NCBI GenBank assembly: GCA_018263395.1
Contig: JAANXF010000015.1
Span: forward strand, 10,537-74,536
Origin: Methanonatronarchaeales archaeon
Lineage (GTDB): Archaea; Halobacteriota; Methanonatronarchaeia; JAANXF01
DNA: 64,000 nucleotides
Reading direction: 5' to 3'
Made by a program: the position numbers and the translations under genes. Shown here in pieces: positions 7,883 to 18,598 of this stretch; position 1 is the stretch's first letter, and each line of letters begins with the position of its first letter. The notes below the pieces were generated by a model. That model had not been told where the DNA came from, ran no database searches, and saw nothing but the letters and a program-made list of their open reading frames with translations.

Positions 7883-9009
7883 TCCACCACGTCCAGGCCC
7901 ATCGAGCCATCCTCGTCCCGGCCCTGAACCGGGATGCGGTCGCCTTCCCCAATTATCTGCTCGCTCCTGACCCCCGTGGCCACGAGCATGACACGGCAGG
8001 AGTCGTCCAGGTCCCCGTCGACCTGGGCGCCCCATATAATTTTGGCGTCCTCGGAAACCTTCTCGTAAACCCTGTGAACGACCGCCTCGGCCTCAGATAT
8101 ACTCATCCGGGCGCCCCCGGTTACATTGATCAGCGCGGCGTCCGCCCCACTGACGTCCACGTTGAACAGCGGACTCCTGAGGGCCTTCTCTATCGCCTTC
8201 TGGGCCTTTTTCTCCCCGTCGGCCTCGCCCACACCTATCATGGCGACGCCGCCCTGCCCCATCACGGTGCGGACGTCGGCAAAATCCAAGTTCACGAGGC
8301 CGGGCTTCGTTATGAGCTCTGTTATGCCCTTTACGGCCCTCATGAGCACCTCGTCGCAGACCTTGAAGGCCTGCTGCAGCGGCAGACGCGGAACGGACTC
8401 GAGGAGCCTGTCGTTGGGAATTACTATCACAGTGTCGCAGACGTCCTGCAGCCTCCTGAGACCCGACCTCGCGTTCTCCATCCGGGCCTCGCCCTCCACG
8501 GAGAAGGGGGTGGTCACGACCGCGATAGTCAGGGCCCCTACCTCCCTCGCTATGTCGGCAACGACGGGTGAGCTTCCGGTACCCGTGCCGCCCCCGAGCC
8601 CGCACGTGATGAAGACCATGTCCGAGCCCTCCATCACCTCCCTTATGTCGTCCTCGTTCTCCCTCGCAGCTTCCTCCGCTATTTTCGGCACGCCTCCCGC
8701 GCCGAGGCCGCGGGTCCTCTTCCTGCCTATCAGGAGCTTCCTGTGGGAGTGGATATCCAGCAGATGCTGGGCATCTGTGTTCATGGCTATGAGTTCGGCG
8801 CCGTCGATGGACTCCCGCATCATTCTGTCAACCGTGTTGGAGCCGGCTCCGCCGCAGCCGACCACCCTTATCGTGGTAGAGGACTCCTCGAGGACCCTCA
8901 GGATGTCCTCCTCTTCGTCAGAGGCCACTCGCTCCCCCTCATCCTGGCCCCTGATCGCCTCCTCGATTATCGACTTCATCTCGACCACTTCAATTTTTCC
9001 CTGAACCAC
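7879..9009 (-). CDS. ftsZ: cell division GTPase FtsZ
   Basis: 376 aa with [10 protein letters not shown] and [13 protein letters not shown] tubulin signature. Confidence 0.92.
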   Translation of the reverse strand: MVQGKIEVVEMKSIIEEAIRGQDEGERVASDEEEDILRVLEESSTTIRVVGCGGAGSNTVDRMMRESIDGAELIAMNTDAQHLLDIHSHRKLLIGRKRTRGLGAGGVPKIAEEAARENEDDIREVMEGSDMVFITCGLGGGTGTGSSPVVADIAREVGALTIAVVTTPFSVEGEARMENARSGLRRLQDVCDTVIVIPNDRLLESVPRLPLQQAFKVCDEVLMRAVKGITELITKPGLVNLDFADVRTVMGQGGVAMIGVGEADGEKKAQKAIEKALRSPLFNVDVSGADAALINVTGGARMSISEAEAVVHRVYEKVSEDAKIIWGAQVDGDLDDSCRVMLVATGVRSEQIIGEGDRIPVQGRDEDGSMGLDVVE

Positions 9010-9012
9010 TTA

Positions 9013-9606
9013 TTAGTTACCGAAGGCGTCGTGGCTCCTCACGAAGTACGCGTCTTCGCCAACGGACTCCATAAACGACCTGGTCCTGGAGTCGGAGCCG
9101 TTGCCGGAGCCGAAGACGTCGCCGTGAAGCCTCCTCAAACGGGAGAACTCCCTCACCTGGTGCACCTTGGCCACGATTCCCGCCGCCGCGACGAGCGGCC
9201 ACGTGCCCTCGGCCCCGTGACGTGCCCTGATGTCGACGTGGGCCGCGTCGCCCTCGAAAAGCCGCCTCAGCCTTCTCTCCAGCATGCGGGGGCGGGGGTA
9301 GTAACAGTCCACCTGGAGCACGTCCGGCCGTGACGAGGACACCAGCGACGCTATCGCGTGGTCCTCCATCTCCTGGAGCGTAATTCCTGCGGCCATGGTC
9401 TCATCCAGCTCCGCGGGGGACATGGCCATCACGCCCGTCTCCGCCACCCTCGAGAGTTCCTCGAAACTCTTCTCCAGGCCCGTCAGGTTCAGGTCCTTGG
9501 AGTCCCGGAGCCCGAGGCCCTCCAGCCTCTCGGGCTCGTCGGTCTCGACGTAACCCACGTAAAAAGAGCCAACCACCTCACCGGCACCCGCCTCATCGAC
9601 CCCCAT
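9013..9606 (-). CDS. RNase HII-family protein (divergent)
   Basis: From the internal ATG at 9606: MGVDEAGAGEVVG..., RDSKDL, QVDCYY, WPLVAAAGIVAKV, GSGNGSDSRTRSF. This pattern follows RNase HII (GIDEAGRG / DSK / KAD...AASIxAK / GSGYPSD). The N-terminal 56 codons of the ORF look non-coding. Confidence 0.6.
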   Translation of the reverse strand: MGVDEAGAGEVVGSFYVGYVETDEPERLEGLGLRDSKDLNLTGLEKSFEELSRVAETGVMAMSPAELDETMAAGITLQEMEDHAIASLVSSSRPDVLQVDCYYPRPRMLERRLRRLFEGDAAHVDIRARHGAEGTWPLVAAAGIVAKVHQVREFSRLRRLHGDVFGSGNGSDSRTRSFMESVGEDAYFVRSHDAFGN

Positions 9607-9673
9607 CCAGTGGGTAGGCTTCAACAGGTATTTATACGGCCGAAAGAGGAAAAACCTTTCCTCATCCGGCGAG

Positions 9674-11669
9674 ATGACGTCGGGTGGACATGGGAAGTGG
9701 CCTCGCCGGAATTGTCGAGAGGAGGGGGCGCACCTGCTGGCGCTGGCGGTCGCCTTCGCCGCGGCTCTGTACATCCGGGGGGCGCCCCACGTAGACGACG
9801 TTTTCAGGGACGGCTTCGTGAAGTTTCAGGGAAACGACCCATGGTACCACATGCGCCTCGTGGACGTCACGGTCAGACACTTCCCCCGGCGCGTTTTCTA
9901 CGACCCCTTCGCGAATCTCCCCGACGGTGCGCACCTGGCGTGGGCGCCACTGCCCGACCAGCTCGTGGCCGGGGCTGCGCTGGTCCTCGGCCTGGGGGCC
10001 CCGGGACAGGGCCTAGTGGACACGGTCGGGGCGTACTTCCCCGCCGTCCTCGGAGCCGCCACCGTCGTGCCGGTCTACGTCCTGGGCAGGGAGGTTCTGG
10101 ACAGGCGCGGGGAGTGCTTTCAGCGGTCGCGATCGCCGTAATGCCCGGCTTCTTTCTGCAGCGCTCCACCCTCGGGTTCACGGACCATCACGTGGCGGAG
10201 GTCTTCTTCAGCACCCTGGCCCTGGCGGCGTTCCTCTGGGCACTGAGGACCGCGGAGGGCGACCCCCTGGGCCGAAGGGGCTCTACGCGTCCGCTCTCAG
10301 CGGGGTTGCGCTGGGGTTGTACTTCCTCAGCTGGCTGGGTGTACCCCTCTTCGCGTTCGTGATGCTTGTCGCGGGCCTCGTACTCGCCGCCACCAGGGGG
10401 TTATCCGGCGAGAGCGTGCTGCCCGTATCGGTAGTCGGCACCGGCACGTTCCTGGTGGCGTTGGCGATGGTGGCGCCGTACGCCGACGCGTCGCAGGGCT
10501 ACGAAACCCTCGTCTACTCCACGATGCAGCCTACCGTGCTGCTGTACGGAGCGGCGGCGTTCTCGTCCCTCTACGTGCTGCAGGAGGGGATGGACCGGCT
10601 TGAGGCTACGGCGGGAGCTCTACCCGGCGGCCCTGGTCCTCCTCGGGGGCCTGGCGCTCGCGGCCGCACTGGCTGTGGACCTCCCGGTCGCGGACATGGC
10701 GGTATCCAAGCTTTCCGGCCTCACGGAGAGCAGTACCCGCGGCCTGACGGTAGCCGAGAAGCAGCTCTTCATGCGTGGCGAATTTCCCTACGAACAGGTG
10801 TGGCACAGCTTCGGGTCGACGTTCTACCTCGCCATCGGCGGTATAGTCGCGTCGGCGGCCCACCTCGTACGCAGGAGGGGAGGGGCGAGGCCCTCATGCT
10901 CGCCTGGGGGCCCCTTATCATCGCCGCGACCTTCGACCAGCCCAGGTTCGGTTACTACCTGTCCGTGGTTTGCGCCATCGGCGCCGGTTACCTCGGTTCG
11001 AGGGCGGCAGGGTTAGTGGACGGCGTCGCCGGGTTCCTCGTCGGTGACGAGGAGGAGTCGTACCGGATAGCGCGGGACACCCGGGCCAGGTACGTGGTCA
11101 CCGGTCAGGCGATGACGAGCTCCATATTCCAGCCGATCCTGGTGTGGGCGAACGAGCCGACCGGTGACTACCTGTACCGGAGCGGAGGGGGGTACGGCTA
11201 CACGCGGAAGTTCTACAGGACCACGCTGGCCAGGCTCCACCTGGGGGACGGCGCCGATTACGGCGTGTACGGGGAACGGGTCCCGTCGATTAAGCACTTC
11301 AGGCTGGTCTACGAGAGCTCCACCACCGTGGCGGGCTTCGGCGACAGGCCCATAAAAAGGGTGAAGGTGTTCGAGGTCGTCCCGGGCGCGGAAGTCACTG
11401 GGCGCGCCCCGGACGGCACCGCCGCCGTCGCTAGGGTTCGGGTAAGGACCAACAGGGGAAGGACATTCACGTACGAACAGGTGGCCGAGGCGAAGGACGG
11501 CACGGTCTCCCTTACCCTGCCCTACCCGACCGAGGGCGAGACGTACCCGATGAAGGCCACGGGTCCGTACGAGCTCGTCGTCATGAACGCGTCGATACCG
11601 TTGAGCGTATCAGGCGAGGACGTGCGCACGGGAGAGAGGATAAACCTTGCCTACGGCCACGCGCCGTAG
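9674..11669 (+). pseudogene. aglB: decayed AglB/STT3 oligosaccharyltransferase
   Basis: STT3-like segments lie in three frames with switches near 10112, 10268, 10597 and 10885. Segments: GNDPWYHMR first-loop motif; AVAIAVMPGFFLQRSTLGFTDHHVAEVF; LYASALSGVALGLYFLSWLGVPLF; GLTVAEKQLF (TIXE-like); C-terminal YRIARDTRARYVVT...HFRLVYESS...VKVFEVV. No WWDxG in any frame. Confidence 0.6.
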
Positions 11670-11821
11670 TAAGCGTTGAGGCTGAGAACGACCAGGCCGA
11701 GAACCGCGGCCCCCACCACGAGGCCCCTGGGCGACATCCTCGGTGCCTGCGAGTCCTCGTCCTCGAAGTACCTGAGGAGGCCCGCCGAACTCTGCAGACC
11801 GCTCCCTTCTCTGCTGGCCAT
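11651..11821 (-). CDS. preprotein translocase subunit Sec61beta (SecG)
   Basis: 56 aa from the ATG at 11821: MASREGSGLQSSAGLLRYFEDEDSQAPRMSP plus a C-terminal TM. The rest of the 286-aa ORF is antisense junk. Confidence 0.7.
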   Translation of the reverse strand: MASREGSGLQSSAGLLRYFEDEDSQAPRMSPRGLVVGAAVLGLVVLSLNAYYGAWP

Positions 11822-11905
11822 CACCCACCAATGTTTCCGGTCCCTATTTAGGTTAACGCTTCTCCGGGGACGCAGTGATGTGGACTGGGCGAGAATGTCA
11901 GGGGA

Positions 11906-12955
11906 ATGAGGTGTTTCGGCCCGCGGCTGCTGACGGAGGACCTCGAGGTCGTGGAGGGCTACGCACTCGTCGAGGGCGGAGAAGTCGACGCCGTGGAGGA
12001 GGGGAGACCTCCCCTCGACCCGGACGCGGAGGGGGTCGTTTGCCCCGGCGCAGTCAACGGGCACACCCACCTGGCCGACGGCTTCCTGGAGCCCCCGAAG
12101 GGGCTTTCGCTCGATGAGCTGGTCGGTCCAGGGGGGTTCAAGGAGCGGGGGCTGTCCCGGGCCGGTGCGGGGCGGGTGGAGGCGGCTCTGCGGCGCGGGC
12201 TCGAGGCGGCGCTTCTCTCGGGAAGCACCCTCGTCGTCGAGTTCAGGGAGGGCGGCATCCCTGGGCTCGGGGCGCTGCGGCGTGCGGAGGAGTCGGCGGA
12301 CGGGGCTGCGGCGGTCGCGCTGGGCAGGCCTGACGGCTGCGAACCGGGCGAGGTCGCGTCTGCTGCGGACGGCATCGGCGTTAGCGGAGTCAACGACTAC
12401 GACGACGGGGAGCTGCTGGCCATGGCGCGGGCCGCAAGCGGAGGCGGAAAGCTGCTGGGAGTTCACGCAGGCGAGTCGAACAGGGGGCAGGCGCGCAGCA
12501 CCCGGACCCACGGTGCCGGCGAGGTGGAGAGGGCTCTGGCCCTAGAACCGGACCTCCTCGTACACGTCACCAACCCCCTCGACGGGGAGCTGGACATGGT
12601 CGAGGACGCGGGCGTGCCGGTGGTGCTGTGCCCGAGAAGCAACCTGCGAACCGGTGCAGGGTTTCCCCCGGTGGAGGACATAGTGGGGAGGGACGTTCCC
12701 CTCCTGCTGGGCACGGATAACGCCATGCTCGTCGAGCCCTCTGTTCTCGGAGAGGCCCGTTTTTTGATGGAAAAGTTAAATAACGAGGCGGAGTATTTGG
12801 GGCCGGTTTACCGGGCGGCTCTGTTCGGGGGCGAGGTCCTCGGCCTGGGCACCGGGCTGGAGGAGGGGGAGACGGCCAGGTTGACCGTCCTCGACGGTTT
12901 CCCCGGTAGGCACGTTGCCTCGGTCGTAGGCGAAAGCCTGAGGGCGGCTCGATGA
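11906..12955 (+). CDS. amidohydrolase-superfamily metal-dependent hydrolase (chlorohydrolase/deaminase-like)
   Basis: 349 aa with PGAVNGHTHLADGF (HxH metal motif), later GVHAGES and GTDN. Confidence 0.7.
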   Translation: MRCFGPRLLTEDLEVVEGYALVEGGEVDAVEEGRPPLDPDAEGVVCPGAVNGHTHLADGFLEPPKGLSLDELVGPGGFKERGLSRAGAGRVEAALRRGLEAALLSGSTLVVEFREGGIPGLGALRRAEESADGAAAVALGRPDGCEPGEVASAADGIGVSGVNDYDDGELLAMARAASGGGKLLGVHAGESNRGQARSTRTHGAGEVERALALEPDLLVHVTNPLDGELDMVEDAGVPVVLCPRSNLRTGAGFPPVEDIVGRDVPLLLGTDNAMLVEPSVLGEARFLMEKLNNEAEYLGPVYRAALFGGEVLGLGTGLEEGETARLTVLDGFPGRHVASVVGESLRAAR

Positions 12956-13410
12956 AGACGGGACAGGACGAGATGTTCAAAAGAATTCTGGTGCCCACGG
13001 ACGGTTCGCAGATGGCCGCAGAGGCAACGGAGGGGGCAGTGGACCTCGCGAGGAGCGTCGGAGGAGAGCTGACGTTTCTCTACGTGGTAGACACCGCCCT
13101 GACCTCCGGGATTCCGGAGGACTGGGCCTGGGAACAGCTCGAAGCGGTGCTTCGAGAGGAGGGGGAGAGAGCCCTGGACGAGGCGGGAGAGGCGGCCGAA
13201 GAGGTGGGCGTGGAGTTCAGTACCGTTCTACTCGAGGGAATCCCCCACAGGGAAATCGTGGATTACGCCGCGGATAACGACGTGGACCTGATAGTGATAG
13301 CGACCGCGGGGCGAAGGGGGCTCGACAGGCTTCTGATGGGCAGCACCACGGACCGCGTGCTTAGGGGTGCGGGGTGTCCGGTGCTGGTGATAAGGAGAGG
13401 ACAGGAATGA
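12952..13410 (+). CDS. universal stress protein (UspA family)
   Basis: 152 aa with KRILVPTDGS ... GRRGLDRLLMGSTTDRVLRGAGCPVLVI. Confidence 0.8.
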   Translation: MKTGQDEMFKRILVPTDGSQMAAEATEGAVDLARSVGGELTFLYVVDTALTSGIPEDWAWEQLEAVLREEGERALDEAGEAAEEVGVEFSTVLLEGIPHREIVDYAADNDVDLIVIATAGRRGLDRLLMGSTTDRVLRGAGCPVLVIRRGQE

Positions 13411-14240
13411 AGACGGTCGGAGAACTAATGAGCACCGACCTGGTGACGGCCTCCGTTCCAGGCACCCGGGACCAGGTTCTGGAGAGGATGCATAACCAGA
13501 ACGTCTCGTGCGTGCCGGTGGTGGAGCGCGGCGGCTCCAGGCTCGTAGGAATCGTGACCAGGAGCGACCTTCTCCGCGGAGTGGAGGAGGAGCAGATAGC
13601 CCTCATCATGACGAGGGGCCCCGTCACCGCGGAGGTGGACGACCCGGTGGACAGCGCCGTGGAAAAAATGATGGAGCGCGGAATCAGGCGGCTTCCCGTA
13701 ATCGAGGGCGAGGACATAATCGGCATGCTGTCCGTCGCGGACCTCGTAGGGGAGGTCGACAGCGAGACGGACATCTCGGGCCTCTACGAGTCCAGGGTCT
13801 GCGGCGTCTGGGAGGAGACTCCGATCCCCGTGGCGGCCACCGTCATGCAGCTGGGAGGTGACGACTCCGCGATAGTCCTGAACGACGAGGGGGTCCTCAC
13901 GGGCATCCTCAGCGAGACGGACCTCGTGAGGTCGGCCTCGATAGAGGATTCGGTGCGCTCCAACAACATCGGGTCCGGCGAGGAGGACGACGGCTGGGCC
14001 TGGGAGGGATTCAGGGACAACATCATGATCTACCACGGCGTTTCGAGAATAGACTTCCCGGAGGAACCCGTATCCGAAATCATGACCCGCGACGTGATCA
14101 CGAAGTACGCCAGGTCGACGGCGGCAGTCGCCGCTCGTGACCTGGTGAAGAGCGAAATCGAGCAGATACCGGTGGTCAACGAGGACAACGAGGTGGTCGG
14201 GCTCCTCAGGGACAGGGACCTCATACCGCTGCTCATCTGA
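13407..14240 (+). CDS. CBS-domain protein (4 CBS repeats)
   Basis: ATG at 13407 (ATGA overlap with the usp stop). Repeated ...GIVT/GILSxxDL... CBS units. Confidence 0.8.
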   Translation: MKTVGELMSTDLVTASVPGTRDQVLERMHNQNVSCVPVVERGGSRLVGIVTRSDLLRGVEEEQIALIMTRGPVTAEVDDPVDSAVEKMMERGIRRLPVIEGEDIIGMLSVADLVGEVDSETDISGLYESRVCGVWEETPIPVAATVMQLGGDDSAIVLNDEGVLTGILSETDLVRSASIEDSVRSNNIGSGEEDDGWAWEGFRDNIMIYHGVSRIDFPEEPVSEIMTRDVITKYARSTAAVAARDLVKSEIEQIPVVNEDNEVVGLLRDRDLIPLLI

Positions 14241-15985
14241 TGGACCTCTACGAGCGGGTGATAGAGCTCTCAAGGCGAAGGGGGTTCCTCCACCCGAGTT
14301 TCGAGATCTACGGCGGGCTGGGCGGATTCTACGACTGGGGGCCGCGGGGCGCGAGGTTGCTCGAAAACGTGCTGGACCTCTGGAGGCAACTCTACGTCGT
14401 GGAGGAAGGGCTCATGGAGGTATCCACACCCACCATCATGCCGCGGAGGGTCTTCGAGGCCTCGGGCCACCTCGAGGGCTTCGTGGACCCGATGGTCGAC
14501 TGCGAGGGGTGCGGTCGGTCGTTCCGGGCAGACCACCTGGTGGATAACCACGTAGACCTGGTGGCGGACTCCCTCAGCAACGAGGAGCTCCAGGAGGTGA
14601 TCGACGGGGAGGAGCTCGGGTGCCCGGAGTGCGGCGGACCCCTATCGGAGGTGTACGACTTCAACCTGATGTTCGGAACGACGGTGGGGCCCGGTAGGGG
14701 ACAGGAGGCCTACATGCGGCCGGAGACGGCGCAGGGAATCTTCGTAGCCTACCCGAGGCTGTACAGGTACGCTAGGGAGCGGCTGCCGTTCGGCGCAGTC
14801 CAGGTCGGTCGCGCGTACAGGAACGAGGTGTCCCCCAGACAGGGCGTAATACGGCTCAGGGAGTTCACGCAGGCGGAGGTGGAGCTCTTCGTCGACCCCG
14901 AGGAGAAGGTGCACGACGGATTCGACCGCGTGTCTCACCGCAAGCTGAACCTCCTTTCGTCCGGGAAACAGCTCGATGGCGAGGCGGCGGAGAGAAGGTC
15001 GCTGAGGGAAGCCGTGGATGAGGGGGACCTGCAGAACACGCTGTTCGCCTACCACCTACACGTCGTGGACAGGTTCCTCACGGCGCTGGGAATACCGGAG
15101 GGGGACCTTCGCTACAGACAGCACCTGCCCGACGAGAGGGCCCACTACGCCGCCGATTGCTGGGACGCTGAGGTGAACCTCGACCGCTTCGGCTGGGTGG
15201 AGGTCGTGGGTCTGGCGGACCGCACCGACTACGACCTCTCCAGGCACTCGGGACACAGCGGCCGTGACATGTCCGCCCTGAGGCCCCTCGACGAGGCGAG
15301 GGAGAGCACCGTTCGGCGGGTGGAGGTCGATATGTCGAGCCTCGGTCCGAGGCTCAGGGAGGACGCCTCCCCTGTAGTCGAGAGGCTCAACGAGAGGGCG
15401 GCGGCCGGGGAGGTGGACGGAGGAGACGTCTCCGTGGAGGTGGAGGGGTCGACCCGCGTGGTCAGGGGTGAGGAGTACGAAGTCGTGGAGGAGGTGGAGC
15501 GGGTCCGGGGCGAGACGTTCACGCCCCACGTAATAGAGCCCTCCTACGGCGTCGACCGCGCCGTGTACGCAATGCTCGAGAAGGCCTTCAGGAGCGAGGA
15601 GGTGGAGGAGAGGGAGCGACGGGTCGTGTCCCTCCCGAGGGCCCTGGCCCCGGTACCTGTGGCCGTGCTACCCCTGACCGACGACGCGGAGATGCGGCAC
15701 GTTTCGAGCGAGGTGGCCCGTAGGCTCAGGGGTAACGGGTTCGTGGTGGAGGTGGACACGTCCGGAAACATCGGCAGGAGGTACAGGAGGCAGGACGAGA
15801 TCGGCACCCCTCTCGTGGTGACCGTTGACCAGGTAACCGTTGACCCGGAGTCGGAGGGGCACCGCACGGTGACCCTGAGGAGCCGCGACTCCATGGAGCA
15901 GGTACGTGTCGGGCTGGAGGAAGTGGAGGCCTCCGTCTTGAGATTCGTCCAGGACGGGGCGGACCTCGCCGAGATCGGGGAATGA
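14240..15985 (+). CDS. glyS: glycine--tRNA ligase (archaeal/eukaryal type)
   Basis: 581 aa with FEIYGGLGGFYDWGPRG and RPETAQGIF class-II motifs. Confidence 0.9.
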   Translation: MDLYERVIELSRRRGFLHPSFEIYGGLGGFYDWGPRGARLLENVLDLWRQLYVVEEGLMEVSTPTIMPRRVFEASGHLEGFVDPMVDCEGCGRSFRADHLVDNHVDLVADSLSNEELQEVIDGEELGCPECGGPLSEVYDFNLMFGTTVGPGRGQEAYMRPETAQGIFVAYPRLYRYARERLPFGAVQVGRAYRNEVSPRQGVIRLREFTQAEVELFVDPEEKVHDGFDRVSHRKLNLLSSGKQLDGEAAERRSLREAVDEGDLQNTLFAYHLHVVDRFLTALGIPEGDLRYRQHLPDERAHYAADCWDAEVNLDRFGWVEVVGLADRTDYDLSRHSGHSGRDMSALRPLDEARESTVRRVEVDMSSLGPRLREDASPVVERLNERAAAGEVDGGDVSVEVEGSTRVVRGEEYEVVEEVERVRGETFTPHVIEPSYGVDRAVYAMLEKAFRSEEVEERERRVVSLPRALAPVPVAVLPLTDDAEMRHVSSEVARRLRGNGFVVEVDTSGNIGRRYRRQDEIGTPLVVTVDQVTVDPESEGHRTVTLRSRDSMEQVRVGLEEVEASVLRFVQDGADLAEIGE

Positions 15986-16086
15986 GCGGGGCGGGGGGGC
16001 TACGGGCCCTGCTCTGCGGGGCTCACGGAGTAGTTTCGGCCAACCCCTTGCCAACGTAATACCCCGGCAGGAGGAAGCTACCTCAG

Positions 16087-18417
16087 ATGGTGGAGTACGT
16101 CTCGCACGAGCACCTGAAGGACGGGGCCGTGGAGAGGCGGCTCTACCAGCTCAACATAGCCTCAACCGCCTCCGACGAGGGGTGCCTCGTCGTCCTTCCG
16201 ACAGGGCTCGGGAAGACCGTCGTGGCCCTGCTCGTCGCCGTTAACCGGGTGGCCAAAGGGAGGGGGCCGGTCCTCATGCTGGCCCCCACGAGGCCACTGG
16301 TCGAGCAGCACGCCCGCTTCTTCTCCGGCCACAGCGAACTCGAAACGGTGACGCTGACAGGCGAGACCCCTCCGGCCGAGAGGGGGGAGTTCTGGAGCGG
16401 AGCGTCCCCCGAAACCGTCTTCTTAGCGACTCCACAGGCGGTGGAGAACGACCTCATCGCCGGGAGGCTGCTCCTCGGCGACTTCGGACTCCTCGTATTC
16501 GACGAGGCCCACAGGGCCAGCGGCGAATACCCCTACGGGTGGATAGCCTCCCGCTACTCCGAGCAGGCCGATAACCCGCTTTCACTGGGCCTGACCGCGA
16601 GCCCCGGCAACGACCCCGAGGACGTCGACCGAATACGTGAGCAGCTCGGCCTCGAAGCGGTGGAGGCCAGGAGCGACGAGTCCCCCGACGTCAGGCCCTA
16701 CGTCCACAGAAGGGAGGTGGAGTGGGTAAAGGTGAAGCTCCCCGAGAAGCTCGAGGGGGCCTCGGGTGACCTGAAGGAAATCATGGACGATAGGCTCGAC
16801 GAGGCCGGGGACCTCGGGTACCGGCAGCCGGGGGGCTCCGGGGCCACCCGAAAGCAGCTACTCGACCTGCAGAGACGGGTGCAGGGAAGGATAGCCTCGG
16901 ACAGCAACCCCCCCGGGAAGCTCTTCAGAGCGGCCAGCCTGGTGGCCGAGGCGATGAAGGTGAGGCACTGCATCGACGTGCTGGAGACCCAGGGACCGGG
17001 GCCTGGTCTCAGGTACATGGACAGGGTCGTCGAGGAGGCCCGTGGCGGCGGCTCCAAGGCCTCGAAGCGGCTGGTCGATGACCCCCGGTTCAAGCGGGCT
17101 CGCCGCGCCCTCGAAAAGCACGGCGAAGCCTTTCCAAAGATGGAGAGGCTGAAGGAGCTCCTCAGGGGACTGGACGAGGGTTCGCGGGCCATCGTCTTCA
17201 CGAACTACCGCGATACCGCATCGGTGGTTGTGGACGGCCTCGAGGACACCGACGGCGTCAGGCCTGTGAGGTTCGTCGGGCAGTCCTCGAGAAACGGGGA
17301 CAGAGGCCTGAACCAGGACGAGCAGGCCAGCGTGCTGGAGAGCTTCGGGTCCGGGGAATACAACGTCCTCGTGGGTACTTCCGTGGCCGAGGAGGGGCTC
17401 GACGTGCCCTCGACTGACCTCGTCGTTTTTTACGAGCCCGTGGCATCCGCAATAAGGAGCGTCCAGAGGAAAGGACGGACGGGAAGGGCACGGAGCGGCA
17501 GAATCGTCGTCATGATGACGAGGGGAACGAAGGACGAGGGTATGTACTGGGCGAGCCGGAGCCGGGAGGACAGGATGGAGGAGTCGATGAAGGAGCTCGC
17601 CCGCTCCTCGACCTCCACCGCGGGCGCCTCGACAGCGCCTCCGGCAGGAGAGGCGATGGATACCCGTGAGGGATCAGGGGCTAGGGGGCGGGGACAGTCG
17701 TCTCTCAAAAAATTCGGGGATCGCGGCGAGTGCGGGGCGGGGAAACCGGAGGGAAGGCAGAAGGCCCCCGTGGTTGTGGACCACAGGGAATCCAGGTCCG
17801 GCATCACGCGCAAGCTAAGCGAGGCGGACCTCGACCTCGTCGTGGAGCAGCTCTCCGTGGGTGACTTCGTGATAGGGGACAGGGTCTGCGTTGAGAGGAA
17901 GGAGGCGGACGACTTTCTGTCGTCGTTCATCGACGGAGAGTCGCGGCTCTTTAGACAGGCTGCAGAAATCGTGGAGCGGTACCCGAGACCTGTCCTGATA
18001 ATCGAGGGGGAGGGGCTGTACGGGAAGAGAAACGTTCACCCCAACGCCGTGAGGGGCGCCCTGGCGTCGCTGATTCTGGATTTCGGGGTACCGGTCCTCA
18101 GGACACGGGGCCGGGACGAGACCGCCTCCATCATCGAGTCGATGGCCAGACGGGAGGGCGCCCGGGGCGCGGGGAAACCGGTGCTTCACGACGGAAAGAG
18201 CTCTGATTCCCTGACCGAGCAGCAGATTCGACTCGTTTCGTCGGTAAAGGGGGTCGGCCCCGGTACGGCGAGGCGGATTCTGGAGGGGTTCGGGACGGTG
18301 GAGGCAATAGCGTCGGCTGAAGCGGAGGAACTCATGGAGGTAAGCGGAGTGGGAGAGGAGAGGGCCCGCTCTATCGTGAGGGTCTTCTCCGAGAAGTTCG
18401 GTGGGGGCGGGTCCTGA
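16087..18417 (+). CDS. hef: Hef helicase/nuclease (XPF/ERCC4 family with DEAH helicase)
   Basis: 776 aa with PTGLGKT, FDEAH and helicase C, then ERCC4 nuclease GDFVIGDRVCVERKEADDF and a C-terminal HhH2. Confidence 0.85.
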   Translation: MVEYVSHEHLKDGAVERRLYQLNIASTASDEGCLVVLPTGLGKTVVALLVAVNRVAKGRGPVLMLAPTRPLVEQHARFFSGHSELETVTLTGETPPAERGEFWSGASPETVFLATPQAVENDLIAGRLLLGDFGLLVFDEAHRASGEYPYGWIASRYSEQADNPLSLGLTASPGNDPEDVDRIREQLGLEAVEARSDESPDVRPYVHRREVEWVKVKLPEKLEGASGDLKEIMDDRLDEAGDLGYRQPGGSGATRKQLLDLQRRVQGRIASDSNPPGKLFRAASLVAEAMKVRHCIDVLETQGPGPGLRYMDRVVEEARGGGSKASKRLVDDPRFKRARRALEKHGEAFPKMERLKELLRGLDEGSRAIVFTNYRDTASVVVDGLEDTDGVRPVRFVGQSSRNGDRGLNQDEQASVLESFGSGEYNVLVGTSVAEEGLDVPSTDLVVFYEPVASAIRSVQRKGRTGRARSGRIVVMMTRGTKDEGMYWASRSREDRMEESMKELARSSTSTAGASTAPPAGEAMDTREGSGARGRGQSSLKKFGDRGECGAGKPEGRQKAPVVVDHRESRSGITRKLSEADLDLVVEQLSVGDFVIGDRVCVERKEADDFLSSFIDGESRLFRQAAEIVERYPRPVLIIEGEGLYGKRNVHPNAVRGALASLILDFGVPVLRTRGRDETASIIESMARREGARGAGKPVLHDGKSSDSLTEQQIRLVSSVKGVGPGTARRILEGFGTVEAIASAEAEELMEVSGVGEERARSIVRVFSEKFGGGGS

Positions 18418-18458
18418 AGCCTGTGCCTCCGGGGTGCGCGGCGCCCACCCTTCGTCGA

Positions 18459-18486
18459 CCCACCCACCCCTCCGTTTCCCATGGAG
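18459..18486 (-). promoter_or_regulatory. origin recognition box (ORB) with G-string, inverted relative to the ORBs upstream of cdc6
   Basis: The reverse complement CTCCATGGGAAACGGAGGGGTGGGTGGG matches ORB1 (CTCCAGTGGAAACAGAGGGGTGGGGGG) at 23/27 positions. Confidence 0.55.
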
Positions 18487-18598
18487 TACGTCGAGGGATC
18501 GGGGCCCGGTTCCTGTGAGCGGTAAAGAGAGCGCTAAGGCGCCGCCTGATGTGGTCAGGTGAAGCAGCTGGACCGCCGCCAAGGGCGGGCTTGAAAAA

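Noticed and set aside
9358-10362. 334-aa Arg/Gly/Pro-rich ORF
   Set aside because: Only its last about 80 codons make sense, and those are one frame segment of the decayed aglB gene. The rest overlaps the RNase HII-like gene antisense.
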